A DNA stretch of 64,000 nt, taken from NCBI GenBank assembly GCA_002269645.1, contig NIVC01003264.1, positions 1 to 64,000 of the forward strand, given 5' to 3'. This DNA is from Macrostomum lignano (lineage: Eukaryota). The position numbers were made by a program, and so were the translations under genes. A model generated the notes under the pieces. The model was not told the origin of the DNA, did no database searches, and saw nothing but the letters and a program-made list of their open reading frames with translations. Position 1 is the first letter of the stretch; every line of letters begins with the position of its first letter. Shown piece by piece: positions 46,543 through 58,324 of the stretch.

Positions 46543-48405
46543 CTAAAGCTGAGTCTCAAAGGCGGATGCCGAGGCGGCGACAGCGGAGCAATCGGCCGAG
46601 TCATCAGCGGTGGCAGCGGCAGAGGCATCTGGCGGCACCAGCAGCTTCAGGTGCAGTAGGTAGTCTCTGATAAGCCTGGCCGCGTGCAGAGCCCGCCGAG
46701 ACTGCAGGGCCAGCTCGCCGGCGGGACGAAGCCGCAGCTTCAATAGACGCCGGCCCTCGGTGTTGAAGGCTAGAACACAGTCCAGGCGGTAGGACAGGCA
46801 GGGCGGACTGGCGGGGTCGGAGAGTGGCGCCAGCAGGTGAATGCCGGACTCGCCAACCGCCAGAGTGTGGCTCGAATCCGCTCCGACTGACAAGGCAACG
46901 CCGACTGCGCAGGAGCCCGAGGCGGCGAGGACGCGAACGTCAAACTGAGCGCAGCCAAACAGCGGCTGGCAGGATCGGGAGCAGGCTTCGATAAGCATCA
47001 AATCGAGATTAAAGCGCTGATCGGCTTCGCTGACGCTGCCAGTTCCGCTGTTCGAAGTCTCTGCTGCTGCTGCGGCGGCTGTAGCGGCGGCGGCAGCAAC
47101 TCGCCGCGGCGCAACTTGATCGCGCCAGGCCAGAGGCAGGACGCGAAGAGCGGCCGAGGGAGAGGAAGCTTCGCGGGCGGCTCGAATGCCGCACAGTTCG
47201 GCGGCTAGCCGGGCGTCCAACGGCAGCCGTCCATCGTAGACATCGGCGAGGCACTGCTGGGCGAGCAGGGCAGCCTCGGCCCGGTCGCCGGCGCCAACCA
47301 GCGGCGGAACAAAAAGGCGCTTCCGGCAGACCAGGCGAACGGGACTTGAAGCGCTGGGTCCGGCCAGCTGGCAGAGCCGCTCCCAGCGAAACAGGACGTC
47401 CCCGATGCAGTCAGCTGGTCCGGTTGGCCGCTCGAGCCTGCCAAGCTGCTCGTAGAGTGCCCAGCCGACTGCGGAGGCGGCCAGAGGGATGCGGGCCAGC
47501 ACGACCGTCAGAGCCTCTGAGCCGGTCAGGCGGGCATGGTAGTCAAGCCGGCGCTGGTCACCGTCAGGCAGCTGTACTGAGGCTGATGCGGCGGCGCGGC
47601 GGTACAGCGCTAGAAGCTCCGGCGCCGATGGCGGACACAATCGCGGAGGCCGGCCAGGTAGAAGGCAACGATTGAGACAGCGTAGGCAGAATTGTGCGCA
47701 CCTGCCAGCCTCGGTGTGGCCTTCCAGAGCTGCCCGATCCAGGTGGCATCGCAGGTAGGCTAGCACAAGCGGTGCGGACGGCGCGGCAATGGCGCACAGG
47801 GCGCACAGCAGCCGGAAGGCGCGCTCGCAGGCGGCCGACTGCCAGTCGCAGGTGGTCTGGCGCACCAGCAGCAGGCAGAGCTCGCTGCAGAGAGGCCCGC
47901 CGCCAATGCAACGCAGCAGGAGAGCCTGGGCGGTGCGCACCGCGGTCGGCTCGGCCAGAGATTCGACGGCCTCGAGTAGGCGCAAGGCAGCGGGAAATTT
48001 CGCGGCGGCGGCCGCCTCCTGAGCGCCGGCGTGGATCAGAAGCGGCCGAGCGTCTGGTCGACCGGAGCGGCGTCTGGCCCAGTAGGCCGGCCGGTAGCTG
48101 GCCGGGTCGTGGCGCCGACCACTGCTCCCGTTGCTGCCCGGACTGCCACCGTCGGCACCGCTGACGACGGCTGCAGGCGGCGTTGTCTGGCGTCGTTTCA
48201 TCGAGCCGCCGCAGGGTCCTCGAGCCGGCGCTGGCGGTGCTAGCAACCCGGACGCGGCAAGGTCGCGCCTGCAGCGCTGCACATCCTCGGCTAGGCGCTG
48301 CCTGTCGGCATCGGTAGTGGCGACACGTTGCAGCAGAAGCTGGCTGGCCTGCTGCAGCCGGCCGGTTGAATTGGCACAGTTGCCATGCGGATGCTGCTGC
48401 TGCAT
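46543..48405 (-). CDS. Divergent intronless MyTH4-FERM protein, PLEKHH/MAX-1-like (620 aa from ATG 48405)
   Basis: SELCLLLVRQT..AFRLLCALC..YLRCHLDR..TEAGRCAQFCLRCL..RLCPPSAPELLAL resembles the PLEKHH MyTH4 domain. It is followed by FERM-like segments (LPDG, RLVCRKRLF, LFGCAQF, LAVGESGIHLL). Acceptor tattattaacag at 48481. Confidence 0.8.
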   Translation of the reverse strand: MQQQHPHGNCANSTGRLQQASQLLLQRVATTDADRQRLAEDVQRCRRDLAASGLLAPPAPARGPCGGSMKRRQTTPPAAVVSGADGGSPGSNGSSGRRHDPASYRPAYWARRRSGRPDARPLLIHAGAQEAAAAAKFPAALRLLEAVESLAEPTAVRTAQALLLRCIGGGPLCSELCLLLVRQTTCDWQSAACERAFRLLCALCAIAAPSAPLVLAYLRCHLDRAALEGHTEAGRCAQFCLRCLNRCLLPGRPPRLCPPSAPELLALYRRAAASASVQLPDGDQRRLDYHARLTGSEALTVVLARIPLAASAVGWALYEQLGRLERPTGPADCIGDVLFRWERLCQLAGPSASSPVRLVCRKRLFVPPLVGAGDRAEAALLAQQCLADVYDGRLPLDARLAAELCGIRAAREASSPSAALRVLPLAWRDQVAPRRVAAAAATAAAAAAETSNSGTGSVSEADQRFNLDLMLIEACSRSCQPLFGCAQFDVRVLAASGSCAVGVALSVGADSSHTLAVGESGIHLLAPLSDPASPPCLSYRLDCVLAFNTEGRRLLKLRLRPAGELALQSRRALHAARLIRDYLLHLKLLVPPDASAAATADDSADCSAVAASASAFETQL

Positions 48406-49222
48406 CTGGCGCTGCCCGCCGGGCCTGGCTAAGAGGCCCGAGGCCGGATCAGTTAACAACCGCTCGCTGACCCGTTAGAGCTGTTAATAATATAAATGGC
48501 GGACCCCGAGGCCAGCCTGGCGCAGCTTCAATACAGCAAATTAAGTGGAGCAGCGACAGACAGAGCTAGCAGAGTGCCAATGCGTTGAGACCGGCAGGCC
48601 GGAGAGGACATAAATTGGATGGTCAAGAGAGGGGGGGGGGTAGAGAGTTCGAGGCTGGGGAAGGATTGGCCGAGAGCCAATAAGAGTCGCATCATAGGTG
48701 AGAATAGACAGGTCCCAAAAGTGACTACTAGTAATACTATATGCCGTGTAAAGGCAACGCTTGCACTCATTTTTTTAATTACTCCCGCTCTAAACTGCTG
48801 TACAGTTTGATGCGCAGCGAATCATTGCGAGCCAGGTGAGAAAGATGGAAAGTAAAAAAATCTCATACAGCCAAATGTTACACACGCGAGCTGCTGGAAT
48901 GGGGAGGGCGAGTGTTTGCTCTCTCTCTCTCTCTCTCGCCTGTCCTTCTGGCACTCAGCTTTCCTATCTGTGCAAAGAGCAATTAATTATTAGGACACCT
49001 GGAGAGCACTTGCCAAGTGATAGACAGCCAGAGAGCAATTCAATTCGATGCCTCTAGCTGAGCGAGAAATGATAAAATAACCGAATGGCTCTGAGTGACA
49101 ACTGCAGAAATCTAAATCGAACAGAAAAAAAAGATTTATATCAGTGAAAAGGGCTCCTTAAATGTGATGCTACTTTAACTTTTCTCCTAATGATTTGATC
49201 ATATTTATATAAAATTTATTTA

Positions 49223-49380
49223 TATGAGGGCTGTCCAAAAAGTAGTGTTACTTTTCACTATATCTCTTATTCTGCTAATCCAAATAACATCATTTTGCAC
49301 AGATTTATAGTGGCAACTCTCTTCTTCATATTAACTTTAACATGAAAACAATGGAAACAAAAGTTATAAACTAAAATATA
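49223..49380 (+). mobile_element. Possible mariner-type terminal fragment
   Basis: tatgagggctgtccaaaaag resembles the TA-CGAGGG(C/T)TGTCCAAAAAG mariner terminus with CpG decay. The partner end was not found. Confidence 0.4.
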
Positions 49381-50200
49381 GCAGGACCAAGAGGTTCGTG
49401 CCCTGACTAAAATCCTCAGATCTGATGGTTACCTTCTCAGTTTTGTCAGCCAGATTATCAATGCGTCTGTCACCAAGAAAGTTTCCAGCAATATGAGATC
49501 CAGGCAACCAGAGATAGATTCTTGGGACACTCTGTTGGTTCTCCGATTTTTTGGTAAACATTTCACTTGACTTCAGGAAAAAACTTGAGAAAATGTTTAG
49601 CAAATGGCTTAAGTGCACTGTTAGGATTGTTTTTCACATTGAAAATATTGGTCGCTATGCTAGCAGGCTCAAGTCAGCTGTTCCACTTGCTCTAAGGGGG
49701 ATTGATAAACTGTTGTTTATCAATTTTGCTGCTCTGAGGATCATTGCATTTCGTACATTGGAAAAACAAAGCAACACCTGCACACTAGAGCTAGGGAACA
49801 TTGGCTAAAAAGCTATGCAATTAATGACCATCTGCTTGTTTATAAAAAATGTTGTGACAATGAACTGATTCAGCTCTTTAAGTGCTTGATGGGTGCAAAT
49901 TTGACCATAAGCTTAAGATTATTGAAGCTTTGTATATCAGAATGCACAAACCCAGCTTAAATGTGCAGCTTGCTGGCAATGGGGTGGAGCGTGAACTTAG
50001 AGTACTGTGAGCACAGCCATGCCTATTTTTCTCTTTCTCCCTTCATTGTGTACTTGGCACTTTTGAAATTCTATTGGACTGTTTTGACCCACCTTTGGAC
50101 TGTACAGTTTGTTTTGCTTAAATATATTAGTGTTGTGAATTATAGGTTAATTGAATTTGCCCTGATGATGTCTTGTGTTTGACAAAATGCATTGGCTAGA
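49381..50200 (+). mobile_element. Penelope-like retroelement 3' relic (RT thumb/linker + GIY-YIG endonuclease, frameshifted) with 3' repeat region
   Basis: Translations across frameshifts give DQEVRALTKILRSDGY.., RIVF..RLKSAVP, YQFCC..SYIGKTKQHLHTRAREH and KLKIIEALYIRMHKPSLNVQ, all typical of PLE GIY-YIG C-termini. Confidence 0.85.
50159..50196 (+). ncRNA. Decayed minimal type I hammerhead ribozyme (PLE-associated)
   Basis: gcc-CTGATGA-t-gtc(ttgtgttt)gac-AAAA-tgca-TT-ggc: stems I and II pair; GAAA and the palindromic CGCG stem III are altered exactly as CpG decay predicts. Confidence 0.6.
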
Positions 50201-53200
50201 AAGAAAATTTTATTTTTATTTTGTTTTTGTTGACTTTTATTTTCCTACTATTTGTTAGATGAGCTACACTTCCACAGTTCCACCAGTGAACGAGCCAAGC
50301 CTGGCACCATGGAAGGTGGCATTGGGCGAGAGCAAGAGAACCCGAGGCCCTACCAAGGTTGAGTAAATAAGTTAGATTGCAATGCATTTTTAAATTTCAC
50401 ATTTTTCACCAAAAAAGTGCTCTTGTTTTGCAACCATTGTGTTGGGTAAGATATTGATTGATAGAAAACTTTCAGATCTTTGTTTTTTTAGCTTACAGAA
50501 AATTATTGGCTAAAACTTTACAATAAAGTATTATTTTGAATTTTAAAATGTGCATTATGTCTGACACTTTGTATACATTTTTCATTAATGTATATTAGAA
50601 CTTATATTTTATTAGATACTTATAATATATACTTTCCTAAGTATGATATTTCACTAGTGACACAAAACAAAGTTTTTGCATATAAGATTCAATTGGCTTC
50701 CAAAAAGCTCCTTTATTGTCAAAATTGCAAAAAAGGTTCTTTTATTGTTAAAATTGCAAAAAGGTCCTTTAGTATCACAAAGTAGAAAAACTTGCATATT
50801 TAATAATAAGAAACTTGTTATTATTAATTTTAAAGAAGTTCTATTCCAAAATTGCCCTGCAAAGATTCTATCCTACTTCTTATTAAATTAAAAGCATTAA
50901 TAAATTTTGTACAAAGAATAAAAAACACTATTCTCTATAGGCCCTAGTTGCTTATTGGATATCAATGTTATATTTTATTTTATCAAATAAGATAATAAAG
51001 TGACCATGATAGGCAATAAAAGCAAAGTAACCTTAGGCCTTATAAAGATAGGCCTAAGTTATAGCAATATGACAGTGACAACATATTTTAATAATACCTA
51101 GATATATATTGTGTAATAGGCCTCATTTTTATGCCATTAGTTTCTAGGAATTGTGTATTTTGAAAGTACTACTATTGTTATACTGTACAAATATTATAAA
51201 TATTTTCCATAAGCGAAATATTCTATATATTTTGAATATTATCATTTGTTATAAACTGTTGCAAAACTTTATTATGAAAAAGAGCCTACTGGAAGCCAAG
51301 AAAAATAAATTGTTTTCATTTCTATTTCAGTTTACCTTGTCTGTCTTCTTGCTTCAAGCTTGAAATCGTTCTAGTATTTTGAAATTGAAGTCTTGTTCAA
51401 TACTTATTGACTTAGTTATTTAGGTAAAAGCATTAAGAAGCCCCAAAAAGGGCCAAAATTGGGAGAGTTCAAACTGTTCTCAGAAGAATGAGAAATCCAG
51501 ATCTAAAATCTGAGAAATTGCCCTTAGAAGGCAGGAATCCTACCACAGGGTAGGCCTAGAGAAGTCCAGACTCAGAGTCTGAGAAACCTGCCTCAGGGCA
51601 GAATACCCAGCAAATAAGCTGTGACCCTCTGATCCTAGGAACGCCCAGGACTGAGAGAATAATATCTTTAGAAGGGTATAAGAATAGGATAGACAGTGCT
51701 TAAAGACTGCTCAGGCCAGAAAGTACAATAGAAGTACATATGCTACCAATAGAAGTACATATACTACCAATAGAAGTATATGCGCTACCAGTAGAAAGCC
51801 AAGAAAGGCAATTAATAACCAGTAGATCATTAAGAAATAACCACTGTTACAACTTTGGTGACAGGATATTCAGTAATAGGAAATAGAAAAGTACCCATGT
51901 AACAATTACATGCCATAACTCCTTTCAGTTAGTGTATAACAATAGGCCTACTGAACAAAATGAAAAAAAATGATTTTTACAAAATGACCAAAACCAAATT
52001 AGGGTCATTCATAAATACCTTACCCTAGTTGATGAAATAATATGACAAAATTACTAGGCCTAGAAACCTTATCTATAATGTATTTTTAATAAAACCTACT
52101 TCCTGAAGACTTCCAAAAAATATAGGCCTAGTTTCTGCTCCTAATTGAGTAGGCCTAGGCTTAGTCTAAATAAGAGTCTTGGAGACTGACTGAAATAGTA
52201 GTTTGATAAGCCTATTATTATAGGCAACGATACAATTCTGCTGTATAGCTACTAGGCCGTATCTGGGACATGTATTATTAATCATACATCTTTCTCTACA
52301 GTTTATAATAACATAGACCTAGTCTATAGGAATTACTCTGGGATTATAGGGACAAATTTATTTATAGGAAAAATAATTTAACGCGGGAAACTGCATTTAT
52401 GCCAGTCAAAATATATATATCGGCTACTAGGGACTTTTCTGTATATAGCCATAACATATAAATATTAAGGTGTTTGTTTTGGTCGGGTCCCTGCCTCTAA
52501 CTACTTCACGAAATTCAAAATCATTTGACGCGTGAAGCATGGGCCGCGATACTATTTGAAAATTTAGTGCACATAAACAAAGCCGTCTGTAAAACGCTCA
52601 AATTCCTACGAGTTGCATTTAGGTCTATAAAGATCAATTAAAACAGAGGTTTTGAAAACAGCGAAAAACATAATGAAACTCTTGCAACGAAGAAAGTTAA
52701 TTGGTTGCTGAAACCGATTTTTGACCGACTGTAATTGATTTTTGCCTACCAAGCGCAATCATCGGATTCTTATGCTTAATTGAAAGCATTTCTACATGTC
52801 ATTCTTGATGAAGGGTAAAGCTATGACGAAAGATTGGTTGAGTCACACTAAAAGTGGAGCTGGTTAAAGTCAAACAAACGCGCAGGCAGACCGCGAGACG
52901 GCGTGGTTATTTTCTGGCTTGTTTGCCTTAATCAGCAATTAGCTATAGCCGCTTGCCGTCGTCCTCTCCAATCACTCTTACTCTAAGTTTGCAGATGACT
53001 TTTGCTTTCATTTTATTTTGATGACATTTTTCGGGCTATGTGAGAGATTTTACGAATAAAATCTTTGTAATTTATTTGTCTGTTTCAGTACGAATATTTT
53101 AAATCTCAATTGAACGAGCTACAATAATGGTGAACATGTAATGGTATTAAATAAATGAGGCGTAAAGGCGGTGGTTCATTAATATATATTTGAGAACAAG

Positions 53201-53588
53201 ATAGTTCGCAAGAGGGCAGAATAAAGGTAGCCGTTTGATTGTGCATGGGTGCTTTATACTTATAGGCCACTGCATGGTCAGATCGTCATATATTCCACTT
53301 CGTCAGATCGGATGATGCAGTGAAAGGAGCTGGTGGACTTAATTCATTTACTATTTACGAAGGTTATGGTTTTCTAAGTAAATGGAAAATTCATTATCAT
53401 TCATCACAAAATGGAAAAGGATTCTGAAGCAGCGACAGTAGAAAGCGCTCAGCCGCTATCCAGAAAGATTCCGCACAACAACTAGTTAATAAGAGAAGAC
53501 GTCTAGCAGGAAAGGGTACAAGCAAAGGGGAGAAAAAAGCAGCGTCGCAGAAGCAGCGCTATTTGAACTTTTTGACTAGTACGCTGCG

Positions 53589-54965
53589 ATGAACTTGCTG
53601 CTTGGACCAGAAGCGCTTGCGTTGAAGAGTGAATTGTCTATATTTGATCCACCCCATGTACAGTCAAGTGTTGTTCAGAGTTAATTTATGCATTATCAAC
53701 CTCAGCACGGCTTGGCACGAGGGACTCTCAAATTGAATTTGAACTGCCTCTTCCTGGTCATTTTTACATCAACGCTAAACTGAAAGTTTTGACTGTTGCA
53801 TTCCGTGTTCGAGATTCAGACAATACAGCCATTGACGAGGCCAAAAACTACGTGTCCCTGAGTAATCTTCCTTTGGCGGCTCTTTTTCAAGATGTGCAGC
53901 TAAGCATTGGCGACACAGCTCGTCGATGGCGGGAATTTTCTCTATCCTTACAAATTAGCCTATCCTTACAAATGTCTCTAAGCCTGTTGGAATATGATAA
54001 AATTGCTCAAAAGGGACCGATGAAAGCATGGGGATTCCGAAAAGACACTACAGGAGCAATGGCCGGATGTTGTGGGCGACTTTAATGTCGGCTGCATGCA
54101 AAGGCGTGCGCTGATAGCAGACGATAGACTCTGTGTCATTTCGGGCCCGCTGTTTCTCGACATTTTTGGTCAGCCCGGCTATCTAATCTCAAAGCTTGGC
54201 TTGCGCATCAAGCTGATCCCCGCAGACGCCAAGTTTGTGCTTCTCGCAGCAAGCATTGGCACGAACTTTCTGAAGGCCTACAATATCGGCATTGTTCGTG
54301 CAGAGCTTCGTATGCGCTATATTCAACCATCGCCCAGTGTCATTGCAGCACACACGGATGAACTGAAACGACAGAACGCTGTGTACCCGATGAAATCACT
54401 GCAGATGGGCATATTCACAGTGCCGCAGGGAACATCAAGCTACACCAGGGAAAATCTGTTTCAAGGATATGTTCCGAAGCTACTCATAGTAGCGTTTGTG
54501 CCAAATCGCGCTTTTAACGCGAGTCTAGATAGCAATCCCTTCAATTTCGTGCATGCACACGTCTCTTTTTTGGTGTGTATGTGAATGGGGAGCCCTGCCC
54601 CGAACGGCCTCTTCAACCAAATGTTACAGCAAGATGGATGCGCAATGGAGTACACTTGGCTACGGCAGCAACTGGGTCTGTACTTGCGAAACCGAGATAT
54701 CGGTTTTGACATGGACGATTACTTGACTGGATACTGGTCTTTACGCAGAAAATTTGAGTCCAGAACTCGAAGCTGGTGGTGATGCCCAGCCTATGTAGGG
54801 ACATGGACAACAAGAGTAGACTACTCTAGCTGTCCATGAGTAGGGAATGTACGACTGGAGATGAAATTCAGTACCCAGACAGCGGCAGTGTATAACGTAA
54901 TAATTGGAAGCGTCTTTTACAGGAAACTGCCATTGACAGAATTTCGAGACGTTGTACCAAGTACA
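53589..54965 (+). pseudogene. Decayed adintovirus/Maverick (Polinton) hexon-like major capsid protein gene (endogenous viral relic)
   Basis: Across stops and frameshifts: KSELSIFDPPHVQSS, QIEFELP, LFQDVQL, YPYK, GFRKDTTG, SGPLFLDIFGQ, QPSPSVIAAH..NAVYP, ENLFQGYVPKLLIVAFVPNRAF..NPFNF and GNVRLEMKF..NVII..F, colinear with the adintovirus hexon motif series. Confidence 0.82.
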
Positions 54966-54994
54966 TTATGGAATGTAAATGTTCCCATCATATC

Positions 54995-55140
54995 CCGGCC
55001 CTCCATTCTCTTACACTATCATACCCTCCATTCTCTCACACTATCATACCCTCCATTCTCTCACACTATCATACCCTCCATTCTCTCACACTATCATACC
55101 CTCCATTCTCTCACACTATCATACCCTCCCTTCTCTCACA
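54995..55140. repeat. 25 bp tandem repeat (ATACCCTCCATTCTCTCACACTATC) x~5
   Basis: Direct reading; it starts right after the capsid relic. Confidence 0.9.
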
Positions 55141-55556
55141 TTTATAAACTCACATTCATATCTCACCCCCTCTCACCCCCCTATCTTATATCCTACTTAT
55201 CCTAATTTTTGTCGATTCAATTTTTTCTTTCACTCGCTTTAACATGATGCAATTACATTCTTTCCACTTTGGAAGACAGTTGACTTTTCGAACTCAATCA
55301 ATGTTCGCCGCACACAATAGTAAATGTATATTAATCAAACATTGACTGTCCTTGGGAAATCTGCAACAACGACGAAGTTATTATCAACGGGGGGGGCTGT
55401 GTGGTAGTCGAGTTAGTGTAAACTATTTTTTTGTTTTTATTACGAGTAACTAGCTACGGCAAGTAGAACCGATAGATCGAAGGTTTTATCAATCGGGACG
55501 ACAAAACGACTGGAATTCATGTAGGATTCCAGGTAAATTATTTTACAAAGCTATTT

Positions 55557-55761
55557 CGTTCCTAGTCACTTCGTCATCTGATATGACGAAATGAAATATG
55601 ACGATCTGACCATGCCAGTGACCCATGAATTCACTTGGAATTGATACGATTGGTGGATGACGAAATGACTCTCTTCGGGTAGTGGATGCTAATTAAGATG
55701 ACTAAGTGACCCTAATCGAGTTGGGTTGATGACACCCCAGATGACGAAATGACTAGGAACC
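55557..55761. mobile_element. MITE with ~23 bp TIRs and a 4 bp ATTT TSD
   Basis: gttcctagtcacttcgtcatctg versus cagatgacgaaatgactaggaac (22/23 match); ATTT at 55553-55556 and 55762-55765. A related terminus lies inverted at ~53266-53328. Confidence 0.75.
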
Positions 55762-57028
55762 ATTTATAGCTTTTTCATGGAACATTCCGGAAGAATGTTT
55801 TAGAAAGGGTTCGCGCGGGAATTCAAATTACTATGTATGTATTTGGAATATATTTATCGCGGAAATTTCAAGAATGAGATATTTACTGCATGGTTGACAA
55901 GTTCGCGAATGTTTAGTACAAAGTCACTACAAACATTTTAATATAAATTTTCATCCCTGGCACGTACGAATGACCTACTGTACTTTTGTATAGCATATGC
56001 AGCTATAGCTATAATATGGCGTTGTAGTTATATTATACATTTAGCCATGCATACGGTACAGTTTACACATAGACAACTTAAAGCAGTTAATTAACCCTTA
56101 GACCTACATGTACTGTACTAATTCGACCTTGAGTTTGCAGTGTACATGTACAAGCATAATCGTAAACTTTCTTCTTGGGTTTATCGTTAAATTTAATTTA
56201 GAAGAGAAGATCCCTAATTGTTTATATCTTATTTCAAAGTTTAAAATGCATCGTCACAATATAAGGAAACGTCAGCAAACGCGGATTATAATTGTTTCTT
56301 GGACTTGGGGGTGTGTACGTGGAGGAGGCCGGGAATACTTTTTCAATAAGATAGTTTTTTTCAGACGGAACAGGGGAATACAATGCTATACGGGTTGCGG
56401 TCTAGCTTTTTCATTAGTCCCTCAGGAGGTCAAAATAAAAGTAAGCTCGTATAGGTAGCTCGTATGGAATAATTTCACAGAGCAGCTTACCCTGCAGAGG
56501 CAGAGCACGTAACAGCTGGCAAACAACTGCAACAGCAGGCTTCCGAGCTGCTCGCGGCTTCTGCCTGCACAGCTATGGGTCATGCTCAAACTGAGGTTAC
56601 TTAACTCTGGGCGTGTGCTGGATTTTGTGACTGCATAAAATGTAGACCCCGGAAACAAAAATTCCTAGCACAAATTCCAATCACTCGCGAGCAAGCTTTG
56701 GAATCTAATAAAACCTAGCATACTTCTTGAACTGGAATATTGAACAGGCTATAATATGGAATCTGCATGAACATGGTACGTTTAGCACGTGTCTGCAATT
56801 AATCCCCGCAATTAAAATTTCGTCCTCTTCACATCGAAAGGTTATATTTTTAAAACCTCCAAAAGTCTGATCGTAAGCACTGACTTACCAGGCATGCGCA
56901 CATCCTAGTTTCAGTCTAGGCAGAGGTCAGAGGATTCACATCAACTATAATCTATGGTAAAATACACACTCCGTTCCGGTCGGTTATGGCCGTAAGTAGA
57001 ACTTTTAGAACGAGATCTTCCTTGTTTT

Positions 57029-58324
<1,296 letters not shown>

